NCBI GenBank assembly: GCA_040222015.1
Contig: JAVJWO010000105.1
Coordinates: forward strand, 1 to 53,433
From: Coleofasciculus chthonoplastes F2-STO-03
GTDB taxonomy: Bacteria > Cyanobacteriota > Cyanobacteriia > Cyanobacteriales > Coleofasciculaceae
Length of the DNA stretch: 53,433 nucleotides
Direction: 5' to 3'
The notes under the pieces: model-generated
The model's input: only the letters and a program-made list of their open reading frames with translations
The model's database searches: none
What the model was told of the DNA's origin: nothing
Program-made: the position numbers and the translations under genes
Shown: piece by piece, positions 1-8,784 of the stretch
How the letters are laid out: each line of letters starts with the position of its first letter
Position numbering within the stretch: position 1 is the first letter of the stretch

Positions 1-340
1 TCGTCAATTGGAGTATAAGTGCCAGTGGTACGGTCGAATACTGGTTAAGATTGACCGATGGTTTCCCAGCTCTAAGCGCTGTGGACATTGTGGTCACGTT
101 GTTGATAAATTGCCGCTTGATGTTAGGGAGTGGGATTGCCCAGAATGTGGAACTCACCACGACCGAGACATTAATGCCGCAAATAATATTCTAGCCGCAG
201 GGCTTGCGGTGATAGTCTGTGGAGCGAACATAAGACCCGATGGATATAAGTCCAAAGGGCAGTTGCGAAAAACCCCTGAGCTTCGACAGGCTCAGCTACC
301 GCGTAGTCTCAGGGGTAGGAAGCAGAAACTCAAATCGTGA
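1..340 (+). CDS. tnpB: IS200/IS605 family RNA-guided endonuclease TnpB, C-terminal part (5' truncated by window edge)
   Basis: LEYKCQWYGR...RWFPSSKRCGHCG...WDCPECGTHHDRDINAANNIL is the zinc ribbon plus RuvC-III of TnpB; the frame is open from the window start. Confidence 0.93.
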   Translation, partial: RQLEYKCQWYGRILVKIDRWFPSSKRCGHCGHVVDKLPLDVREWDCPECGTHHDRDINAANNILAAGLAVIVCGANIRPDGYKSKGQLRKTPELRQAQLPRSLRGRKQKLKS

Positions 341-380
341 GGTTTGGGAATCCCTCGTCTCCGGCGAGGGAGGATGTCAA
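1..380 (+). mobile_element. IS200/IS605 element, right part, including right-end hairpin and terminal TCAA
   Basis: After the tnpB stop: GGAATCCCTCG-TCTCCGG-CGAGGG-AGGATGTCAA, a subterminal hairpin ending in TCAA at 377-380; unrelated coding sequence resumes at 381. Confidence 0.85.
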
Positions 381-473
381 ATTCAGGATAAGTTCACTGT
401 CCCTATCGGTGGAATGGTAGAAATTGATGCGGAGCGAGGCACAATTCGTTTATTAGAATCGGTAGTAATTTGA
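381..473 (+). pseudogene. C-terminal fragment of an LD-carboxypeptidase (peptidase S66-like) gene cut off by the IS insertion
   Basis: IQDKFTVPIGGMVEIDAERGTIRLLESVVI* begins exactly after the IS end and resembles the S66 C-terminus that follows the catalytic GH motif. Confidence 0.7.
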
Positions 474-571
474 TATATAGCAGTTTAGTCCTGATTGAGG
501 TACGTTATTTTATTCCACGCTGCTGTAAACCGCTGCGCGTCTACATCTGTTGTTTGTGATCCTTTCCCTAA

Positions 572-1441
572 CTAAGCCGCCCGTAACGGCAGTTGCTTGG
601 ACTTATCTGCTAAGAAACCCATTAGATTGTGCAAAAATGAGTGGCTGACTGGCTGATCGGTCGCTTCTGGATGGAGCGGTGTCGCGATCGCGTCCACAGA
701 TTGAGGACAGGGGGCATGAATCACTAAGGGAACTTCTTCCACCAATCCGACTGTCATTAATCGAAAAGCAATCTGCTGCACAGTTTTTACCGAAAGTCTG
801 AGTTGTTTGGCAATTTCCCTCAGGGAAACAGTGCCACTGGTATACTCCCAAACTTGAGACTCTAAAGCGTTTAGGGGATAACGAGGGTGTCCTGTAATAC
901 TGACCAACCCCGCATTGACATCGGGGAATTTATCGCTGAGGGCATCCCAATTACGCAAAGAACGTAATCCTAGTAAATTGGCACCTAGGGTGTTTAAGCT
1001 CAAGCCCGTCATTCCTAACATGGGTAGTTTGACTTCATGGCTGAACTTAAAATGACCTGTTTTGAGTTGAAACAAGGTACAGGTGGGTCGTAAGACTTGG
1101 ATTTGGAACAACCATTTGATTTGTTGAAGGGTTAACAACCGCTGTTTTTGCAGGTATGTACCCAAGGGTTGCTCCTGAGGCAATGACTCACTCAATTGAG
1201 TTAACTGACTTCTATCCATCCATTGGCGTTGAGCAATTAACTTGATTAACCCTAGATGCTTTAACTGAGAATCAACTGCCACAATTCGACCGCGATAGAC
1301 CCAAACATAGCAAACGCCATTGGGGGTGACAGGAGTAGAAACATCAGTATTCACAGTGAGTAAACCCGTATGATGTCCTTTACCAAGGAGCCGAAAGATT
1401 TCGGGTAATGAAAAGTCAGTGAGTGAGCCTGTAATGCACAT
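572..1441 (-). CDS. DUF4388 (PatA N-terminal-like) domain protein
   Basis: MCITGSLTDFSLPEIFRLL..HTGLLTV N-terminus typical of DUF4388; C-terminal wHTH-like SLREIAKQLRLSVKTVQQIAFRL; no receiver domain. Confidence 0.8.
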   Translation of the reverse strand: MCITGSLTDFSLPEIFRLLGKGHHTGLLTVNTDVSTPVTPNGVCYVWVYRGRIVAVDSQLKHLGLIKLIAQRQWMDRSQLTQLSESLPQEQPLGTYLQKQRLLTLQQIKWLFQIQVLRPTCTLFQLKTGHFKFSHEVKLPMLGMTGLSLNTLGANLLGLRSLRNWDALSDKFPDVNAGLVSITGHPRYPLNALESQVWEYTSGTVSLREIAKQLRLSVKTVQQIAFRLMTVGLVEEVPLVIHAPCPQSVDAIATPLHPEATDQPVSHSFLHNLMGFLADKSKQLPLRAA

Positions 1442-1755
1442 TGTTCTTACGTTGATATCAGTTTTGTTATTGAGGATCCAAATAGCAGGGTAACGCCTTT
1501 CAAGTCAACCTGTTTAGCTTGATCCCGAAAAAAATCTGTAGTTTTTGCTACTCTTAGTGTAATCCCTGATGAAAGTTTCATACAATTGCTTTTTACTAAG
1601 TTCTGTTAAGAAAGAAGAATCTTTATTAAATTAAAACTCGAAAAGTTGCGCCTTATAGCCATTGTCATGTTTTGCCGTCATCCATTTGTACCTAAGACGA
1701 TTCTTTCTCGGTTAAAGTTTATTTAACATCCTACTAAAGGCAGACAATATTAAAG

Positions 1756-1900
1756 ATGGGGAAGGTCGGGAAGGTGAGGAAGGTGGGGAAGATAATATTT
1801 TGAAGTTTTACCCTTCACTGGGTTCAAGGGCATGGCGCGTGAATTAACTCACCATCTCCCTCATCTCCCCTATCTCCCCTATCTCCCCTATCTCCCCTAC
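1756..1900. repeat. Two oppositely oriented 9-mer STRR tracts (GGGAAGGTG-like and CTATCTCCC-like)
   Basis: Tandem 9-nt units at about 1756-1793 and 1852-1900. Confidence 0.75.
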
Positions 1901-1972
1901 CCACTCAGTTTCAAGACGTTCCGTGAAAAGTTAGCACCTCCCCCAATGCCCTTACCTGGCGCTCGTCACCAA

Positions 1973-3853
1973 TTAGCTCAGAGCCACTGTCGATGGCATA
2001 TCCAACAGTTTCGTACCACATTCACAACAACATTTATGGGTCGCTGGATTTTCGGTTCCACAGTTAGAACACGTCAGGATAGTGGGTGAAATCGGCTCTG
2101 GGTTATGAGGGTGCAAGCCCATCATGTCGCTATTGGTGTGACCGGGCGCAACCATGGGATAACAGTCCTCATTGCGGGTAACGCGCACGTCTACAAGCAT
2201 TGGACCGTCATGGGCAAGCATTTGAGCGATCGCATCGGGTAAAGCCTGACGCTGTGTCACCTTAATGGCATTAATCCCATACACTTGAGCCAGATTCACA
2301 AACTCCGGTGTGCCGACTTCCAGATTCGTCGCTTCGTAGCGATCGCCATAGAACAAATGCTGCCATTGGCGCACCATTCCCAGCCAACCATTGTTGAGGA
2401 TGACAATCTTGACGCCAATGCCGTACTGGGCGATCGTACCCAGTTCCTGCATATTCATTTGGAAGCTACCATCGCCGCTGATACAAATCACCGATTCCGA
2501 GGGTAGAGCCACTTTTACCCCCACAGCCGCAGGCAAGCCAAATCCCATTGTCCCCAAACCGCCACTAGAAATCCAGCGACGGGGCTTATTTTTCAAGAAT
2601 TGAGCCGCCCACATTTGGTGTTGACCGACGTCAGTGGTGTAGTAAGCCTCAGGGGATTGACGGGCAACTTCCACAATCACTTCTTGGGGCGAGAGATTAT
2701 CCTGGGGATGGGGCAAATCTAAGGGATACTCATCCCGCCACTGTTGCAGGCGATCGCACCACGCTTTCGTTTGTTCTGGATCGATACCATTCCCAAGCTG
2801 ATGAGAACGCCGCAACAGGTCAATTAACACCTGCCGTACATCGCCAACAATGGGTACATCAGTGTTCCGATTTTTCCCCACTTCCGCCGGATCAATATCG
2901 ATGTGAATCACCTTCGCCTCAGCCGCAAACTGTTTCGGCAAACTTGCCACCCGGTCATCAAAGCGGGCACCCAAGGCGATTAACAGGTCACATTCACTCA
3001 CGGCAAAGTTAGCATAGGCGGTGCCGTGCATCCCTAACATCCCCAAAGCCAGAGGATGGGACTCATCAAATGCCCCCTTACCCATCAGCGTCGTCGTTAC
3101 CGGAATCTGGAAATGCTCCGCCAGTTCCAGAAGTTCGCCCTGGGCACTCGCCGCGATCGCACCGCCACCTACATAGAGTAACGGTTTCTTTGCCGCCCGG
3201 ATTAAATCTAGTGCTTTGTTAATTTGGTTAGAATTTCCTTTCACCGTAGGACGGTATCCCGGCAGCTTAATCGTACCGGGTTCCACGGGAAAGTAATCAA
3301 ATTGTTCCATTCCCACATCTTTGGGAATATCAATCAACACCGGTCCCGGTCTACCCGTACTCGCAATGTGAAATGCTTCCGCCACAATCCGGGGAATATC
3401 GCGAGCATCATTCACTAAATAGGAATGCTTGACAATTGGCAGCGTAATGCCGAAAATATCAATTTCTTGGAATCCATCCGTACCGATTGCCCCACGGGGA
3501 ACCTGTCCCGTAATCGCAATCATTGGCACAGAGTCCAAACTCGCCGTGGCTAAACCCGTGACCAAATTCGTGGCTCCCGGTCCGGAGGTTGCCAAACAGA
3601 TGCCCACTTTACCTGTTGCCCGGGCATACCCGTCAGCAGCATGGGCAGCCCCTTGTTCGTGTCGCACCAGAATATGTTGGAGTTCGCCAGCGGATTCCGC
3701 TTGGTAGATTTCATCGTAAATTGGTAGATTCGCACCACCCGGATAACCGAAAATGTGCTTCACACCATGGCGCTTTAAACTATCAATCAGGGCAAAAGCG
3801 CCGGATACACGCCTGACTCTCACAGTTTCAGATTGCACAGCTAGTGCCTCCAT
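1973..3853 (-). CDS. ilvB: Acetolactate synthase large (catalytic) subunit with C-terminal zinc-ribbon
   Basis: [26 protein letters not shown], ThDP motif GDGSFQMN...[13 protein letters not shown]-terminal CSNCG...CCECG. Confidence 0.96.
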   Translation of the reverse strand: MEALAVQSETVRVRRVSGAFALIDSLKRHGVKHIFGYPGGANLPIYDEIYQAESAGELQHILVRHEQGAAHAADGYARATGKVGICLATSGPGATNLVTGLATASLDSVPMIAITGQVPRGAIGTDGFQEIDIFGITLPIVKHSYLVNDARDIPRIVAEAFHIASTGRPGPVLIDIPKDVGMEQFDYFPVEPGTIKLPGYRPTVKGNSNQINKALDLIRAAKKPLLYVGGGAIAASAQGELLELAEHFQIPVTTTLMGKGAFDESHPLALGMLGMHGTAYANFAVSECDLLIALGARFDDRVASLPKQFAAEAKVIHIDIDPAEVGKNRNTDVPIVGDVRQVLIDLLRRSHQLGNGIDPEQTKAWCDRLQQWRDEYPLDLPHPQDNLSPQEVIVEVARQSPEAYYTTDVGQHQMWAAQFLKNKPRRWISSGGLGTMGFGLPAAVGVKVALPSESVICISGDGSFQMNMQELGTIAQYGIGVKIVILNNGWLGMVRQWQHLFYGDRYEATNLEVGTPEFVNLAQVYGINAIKVTQRQALPDAIAQMLAHDGPMLVDVRVTRNEDCYPMVAPGHTNSDMMGLHPHNPEPISPTILTCSNCGTENPATHKCCCECGTKLLDMPSTVALS

Positions 3854-4082
3854 TTAGTCCAACAATTACATGAGGAACGTTACTAATGAGTGCTAACCCA
3901 AATCTGGGTAAGCTTTTTGCTAATTTCGATACATCTTAGAGTTTGAGTCAATGAGTAGACTTTATTTGAAAGACGATTTTAATTTTTAATTAAAGAATGA
4001 ACTTTGAGCAAAAATTTTATATTTTTTTAATTTCCTCAAATTTAGAGGGGATTACGAGAACTGGATTTAAGTTATAATTTAC

Positions 4083-4724
4083 TTACCAACTCTGTCTTTT
4101 GAGCATCTGTTTTATGTCTGCTTCTAGTATTTTAAAGGCAGACAGACTCCGCAGTGCCGAAAAGTCATCGATAAGTTCAGCGATTCGTTGAATCTTCTCT
4201 CGCTCTCTGGCGCGAAATTTCTTTAGTCGCCGACCCGTAAACCCACTTGCTTGACGCAGAAGTTGACAAAGATATTGTTTTGGATCAGGTAACTCCTCAC
4301 ATTTAGAGAGGTTTGGCAAATTTAAAGGTTGCTGTATTCTGGGATTTTCTGCCGCCTTGCGTATGGCAGCTTCATCAAATAATAACCAAGCTTCTGTCAT
4401 CCGCACAGGTACAACACAGATAACCGGCACAGAAACTGATTCCCTGATACCCTCAACGGATTTTTGAATTTCAGAAACTCGTTTCTCACGAGGTTCTTTT
4501 TCGGCATCCCTGTGTATAAATAAAAGGTCGCAAGGGTAAAGGTTCAAACTTAATTCAATTCTCTCTGAGTGATTCAGTGGTTGTTTTGGTAAGCGCCGAA
4601 AATCAGCCCACTGGGACTGGATAGCACATTCAACTCCATGTAATCGCAATAACCAAGTCAGAATAGGTAGTAGCGCTTTGTCGGAACTCCCATCAGATAG
4701 TAATGTGTATCGCAGTTCCTTCAT
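4083..4724 (-). CDS. DUF4276-like (TOPRIM-related) protein, partner of the upstream ATPase
   Basis: N-terminal LLSDGSSD, FIHRDAE, VPVRMTEAWLL, E...DPK motifs; 4-nt ATGA overlap with the ATPase gene. Confidence 0.7.
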   Translation of the reverse strand: MKELRYTLLSDGSSDKALLPILTWLLRLHGVECAIQSQWADFRRLPKQPLNHSERIELSLNLYPCDLLFIHRDAEKEPREKRVSEIQKSVEGIRESVSVPVICVVPVRMTEAWLLFDEAAIRKAAENPRIQQPLNLPNLSKCEELPDPKQYLCQLLRQASGFTGRRLKKFRAREREKIQRIAELIDDFSALRSLSAFKILEADIKQMLKRQSW

Positions 4725-6265
4725 ACAAATTCTTTTGGGAAGCCTAAAATTAGAGGTTGAATGTCTTCTCTATCCAAAACTCTGCGTTTTTTAGACGGGG
4801 TAGGTTTTAAAGATGAGTTGGTTTCCAGTTGTCCATTGCCATTTAGCTCTGACTGTTCTGGAGGAACTGGATTTAAGTACGCGAGAAGTTTACCTAAAGG
4901 AACAGTACTTGTCTTTTCGGTTTCCGCAACTTTAAGGTGTCGCCAAGTATTCGGTAGACAACTAAAACGTACCCCTTTAAACCATTGTCCTGACGGTGAT
5001 TTTTCTTCCTTCAACTCAGCAACCAAAAGACTATCTTCTGGGACTTGCTGTACAACGGCTGGTGAGTGGGTATTGATGATTACTTGGCGTAGGGGATTGT
5101 CTTGATCAACGGTTTCTTCAACATCCGTAGCGATGTCTTGTAGGAGTTCGAGGATCTTCGGGATACGCTCTGGATGAATACCATTTTCAGGTTCCTCTAA
5201 GCACAATAAACCTTGAGCTTCTGGGTCTAATTCCAGTACCGCTAACGCCAAAAAGCGCATTGTTCCATCTGAGAGAGATCGCGCCGGATGGGTTGTACCA
5301 TCTCTAGTTGTAACCATTAATGTGAGCAGTTCGCGACGATCATCCCGCTCTATTGTCACGGCATCAACATCATCTAATAATTGTGCTAAACGACCTGCCA
5401 CTTGAGCATAAACCTGCGCTTCGGCTTCCTGATCAGATTGACGGAGATTTTTTCTCAGCCGTGCCAAATGATAGAGAGTTGAAGCTAGATGAGAGCCATC
5501 TGTTCCTAATTTTGTCGGAGCCGTAAATTCGTCGGGTTGTCGCAAAGAGGAAGGTTCTAGCTGTAGTAACTGCCAAGATTGCATTTCCCGACGTGCCAGT
5601 AGTGCTGTTGGGCTTTCGGCTGCATTGGTCACAGACAGTACAGTTCGAGGGAGATTAACGGCTGAGCGAGCTAAGGCTCTACCGCTGGTTCCGCCGTCTT
5701 GATGAAGTTTAATCACTCGATTTGTCCCCTCCTTTGCTGTAGAAATAAAATAAGGGACTCGGCGCTGTCCTTTCACAGCAGACTTGCGCCAAGTTTTCGC
5801 CTTGTGATTAAATAGCAAATGTTTAGGGGCATCACCAAGATTAATATGAACTAACTCTTCTTTAAGCAGTTCCAGTGATCCTAATGAGCGGAGACTATCA
5901 TCTTGTCGATAAGCTAACTCTATAGAGTAGCGAAGAAAGGTAATGCTAGCTTTGGCAGTTTGTCCTAAATCATCAACGCCTTCACCTGGCACAATCATCT
6001 CAGCTTCAAATGACATCTGTGGAGCATAGTCATTGCCAATCCGATGAAACAGACTACGGACATCTCCTGTTCTACCTCCCTCATCTCGAACAGCTAAAGC
6101 GGCTTCAATTAGAGGAAGATCAGCCAAGGCTGACAGAAACCTGATCGCATCAAACAAGTTAGATTTACCTACACCATTTACACCGGCTATACAAGTAAAT
6201 GAACCAAAGCGGACATCTACATTAACAAGATTTTTAAAGCCAGAAACTTTTAGCCTGGTTAGCAT
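4721..6265 (-). CDS. ABC-type/AAA_21 family ATPase (AbiEii/RecF-like)
   Basis: Walker A GVNGVGKSN, signature LSDGT, Walker B/D-loop LCLEEPENGIHP, H-loop NTHSP. Confidence 0.9.
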   Translation of the reverse strand: MLTRLKVSGFKNLVNVDVRFGSFTCIAGVNGVGKSNLFDAIRFLSALADLPLIEAALAVRDEGGRTGDVRSLFHRIGNDYAPQMSFEAEMIVPGEGVDDLGQTAKASITFLRYSIELAYRQDDSLRSLGSLELLKEELVHINLGDAPKHLLFNHKAKTWRKSAVKGQRRVPYFISTAKEGTNRVIKLHQDGGTSGRALARSAVNLPRTVLSVTNAAESPTALLARREMQSWQLLQLEPSSLRQPDEFTAPTKLGTDGSHLASTLYHLARLRKNLRQSDQEAEAQVYAQVAGRLAQLLDDVDAVTIERDDRRELLTLMVTTRDGTTHPARSLSDGTMRFLALAVLELDPEAQGLLCLEEPENGIHPERIPKILELLQDIATDVEETVDQDNPLRQVIINTHSPAVVQQVPEDSLLVAELKEEKSPSGQWFKGVRFSCLPNTWRHLKVAETEKTSTVPLGKLLAYLNPVPPEQSELNGNGQLETNSSLKPTPSKKRRVLDREDIQPLILGFPKEFV

Positions 6266-6580
6266 AATCTTAACCCTATACAGTTTTTTTGAATCTGTTA
6301 TATCCTAATCATCAAGTTGCATACAGATGAGAAGAAATTAATTTGAACTCATATCTTTCATCCATTGCAATAAACATAAGTTTGTTGAAAATCCGTAACG
6401 CTTCCGGATTGCCTTGCTATCGTTTTGAGTCGGAGCGGGTTGAGTGACATCAGGGTGAAAAAAACCTTAGTCGTGAAACATGTCCCGATAAGCTCACAAC
6501 TTTTTCATCCCCTACCCTAACCTCCTTGAGAAAGGATTGCTATAGTACAGGAAGGATAGACGCATTAAGGGGCAAACCAG

Positions 6581-8386
6581 GTGATACCATTAGCAGACCT
6601 CAAAGCCTTAATTCAACAAACTGAAGCAAAAGGTGGAAGCCAAGACCCGAGTCTGGCGAACTTATATGCTCAACTCGGACAACTCTACCAAAGCCGACTG
6701 GAAAACGGGGAATTTGAGGATTACCAGCACGAACTTGCCCTCGCCGTTGAATATTTCCATAAAGCGGTTGACCTGCAACGACGATTGGGTTTAGAAACTG
6801 ATTTAGCGACAACTCTGAATCATCTGGCGGAACTCTACAGAACCCAAGGACGCTACGACCAAGCCGAACCGCTTTATTTGCAAGCCTTAGATTTAAGGAA
6901 ACGTAACTTAGGAGAGAACCATCCTGATGTCGCCACCAGCCTCAACAACCTAGGACGACTCTATCACTCTCAGGGACAATATCCCCAAGCCGAACCGCTT
7001 TATCTGCAAGCCTTAGACCTAAGGAAACGCTTACTGGGAGAGAACCATCCCGATGTTGCCATTAGCCTCAACGATATCGCCGCCCTCTACTTTTTCCAAG
7101 GACGCTACGATGAAGCCGAATCTCTTTATCTGCAAGCCTTGGAGTTAAGGAAACGCAATTTAGGAGAGAACCATCCTGATGTTGCTACCAGTCTTAACAA
7201 CCTCGCCTTACTTTACTTCTTACTGGGACGCTATGACCAAGCCAAACCGCTTTATCTGCAAGCCTTGGAACTGAGGAAACGCCTACTAGGAGGAAACCAT
7301 CCCGATGTCGCTACTAGCCTGAATAATTTGGCAGAACTCTACAGAACCCAAGGACAATACACCCAAGCCGAACCCCTCTATCTGCAAGCCTTGGAGGTGA
7401 TGAGACGCTTACTGGGGGATGAGCATCCGGATGTGGCGACTAACCTGAACAATCTAGCTGCACTCTATTTCTTCCAAGAACGCTACGACGAAGCCGAACC
7501 CCTCTATCTGCAAGCCTGGGAAATCAGGAAACGCTTATTCGGTGATAATCATCCGGATGTAGCACAAAGCCTTAACAACTTAGCCGGACTCTACTTCTCT
7601 CAAGGGCGTCAGGATGAAGCCGAACCTCTCTATCGCCAAGCCTTGGAAATATGGCAACGTTTGTTGGGTGATACTCATCCGGATATCGCCACGAATCTGA
7701 ATAATTTAGCATTACTCCACCACTCCCAAGGACACTACGAGGAAGCTGAACCTCTTTATCGCCAAGCGTTGGACTTAAGGAAACGGTTATTCGGCGCGAA
7801 CCATCCCGATGTAGTGACTAGCCTGAATAACTTAGCATTGCTCTACCATTATCAAGGACGCTACGAGCAAGCCGAACCTCTTTATGTGGAGGTGTTGGAT
7901 GTGGGTAGACAGTTATTAGGAGAGGAGCATCCCGATGTTTTAAGCAGCCTGAATAACTTAGCTGCACTCTATAAAAATCTCGCCGAACTTTATTCCACGC
8001 AGGGACGCTACGATGAAGCCGAACCTCTCTATCTGCAAGCCTTAGAGTTGCGGAAACGCTTACTGGGAGATGAACATCCCGATGTGGCACAAAATCTGAA
8101 TAATTTAGCCATACTCTACTTCTTTCAAGGACGTCACGACAAAGCCAAAGACTTCTATTCGCAAGCTTGGGAGTTGGGAAAACGCTGGCTAGGGGATGAG
8201 CATCCAGATGTGGCACAAAATCTGAATAATTTGGCAGGACTTTATTCGTCTCAAGGAGAATATGAATTAGCCGAACCCCTGTATGTCCAAGCGTTGACGA
8301 TTTGTGAAGAACGACTCGGCGTTAATCATCCGACTACAGCAACAATTCGGAAAAATCTCGATGATCTGCGTGCGGCGATGGGATAA
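6581..8386 (+). CDS. Tetratricopeptide-repeat protein (42-aa kinesin-light-chain-like repeats)
   Basis: About 12 repeats of HPDVATSLNNLAxLYxxQGRYxxAEPLYxQALxxxKRLLG; capping motif HPTTATIRKNL. Confidence 0.92.
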   Translation: MIPLADLKALIQQTEAKGGSQDPSLANLYAQLGQLYQSRLENGEFEDYQHELALAVEYFHKAVDLQRRLGLETDLATTLNHLAELYRTQGRYDQAEPLYLQALDLRKRNLGENHPDVATSLNNLGRLYHSQGQYPQAEPLYLQALDLRKRLLGENHPDVAISLNDIAALYFFQGRYDEAESLYLQALELRKRNLGENHPDVATSLNNLALLYFLLGRYDQAKPLYLQALELRKRLLGGNHPDVATSLNNLAELYRTQGQYTQAEPLYLQALEVMRRLLGDEHPDVATNLNNLAALYFFQERYDEAEPLYLQAWEIRKRLFGDNHPDVAQSLNNLAGLYFSQGRQDEAEPLYRQALEIWQRLLGDTHPDIATNLNNLALLHHSQGHYEEAEPLYRQALDLRKRLFGANHPDVVTSLNNLALLYHYQGRYEQAEPLYVEVLDVGRQLLGEEHPDVLSSLNNLAALYKNLAELYSTQGRYDEAEPLYLQALELRKRLLGDEHPDVAQNLNNLAILYFFQGRHDKAKDFYSQAWELGKRWLGDEHPDVAQNLNNLAGLYSSQGEYELAEPLYVQALTICEERLGVNHPTTATIRKNLDDLRAAMG

Positions 8387-8391
8387 TTTTT

Positions 8392-8471
8392 AGGGGAGAT
8401 AGGGGAGATAGGGAAGATAGGGGAGATGGGGAAGATAGGGGAGATGGGGAAGATAGGGGAGATAAGGGAGA
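8392..8471. repeat. 9-mer STRR tract (GGGGAGATA/GGGAAGATA)
   Basis: About 8-9 tandem units directly after the TPR stop codon. Confidence 0.85.
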
Positions 8472-8784
8472 AAAACGAAATCGACAGACAGCTAAAGAGA
8501 ATGTACCCTATAGGAGTGGGTGTTGCTGCCAAACGCTCCGAATCCGGGATAACTCTTGTCGAATGTGCTTAGGATTGATTCGGATTAACGCGATTCACAA
8601 TAACTTTGTCATTTTTTTTAGGTGAACTAGACTATAAACTCTTAAACACAACTAACTATGACTTTAACCGAATGAACCCAAAACACTGGAATTTGGGCAT
8701 AAGCTGTATAGTCTTAATGTTCTAGAGTATGGCAATCGTCAAAACTGATGAGGTTCACCGGATCGTTCAAGAGCGATTACAAGA

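Noticed and set aside
1..380. IStron (group I intron-IS hybrid)
   Set aside because: The left end is outside the window and no intron core is visible; cannot be supported
240..473. 77-aa ORF as an independent gene
   Set aside because: Chimera of IS right-end sequence and the interrupted host gene tail
1973..2075. IlvB C-terminal zinc ribbon as a novelty
   Set aside because: To my knowledge this is a common extension in filamentous cyanobacterial IlvB
1832..2089. 85-aa ORF with LPYLPY repeats (likewise 8326-8532 with PISPIF)
   Set aside because: Derived from 9-mer STRR tracts and antisense to real genes
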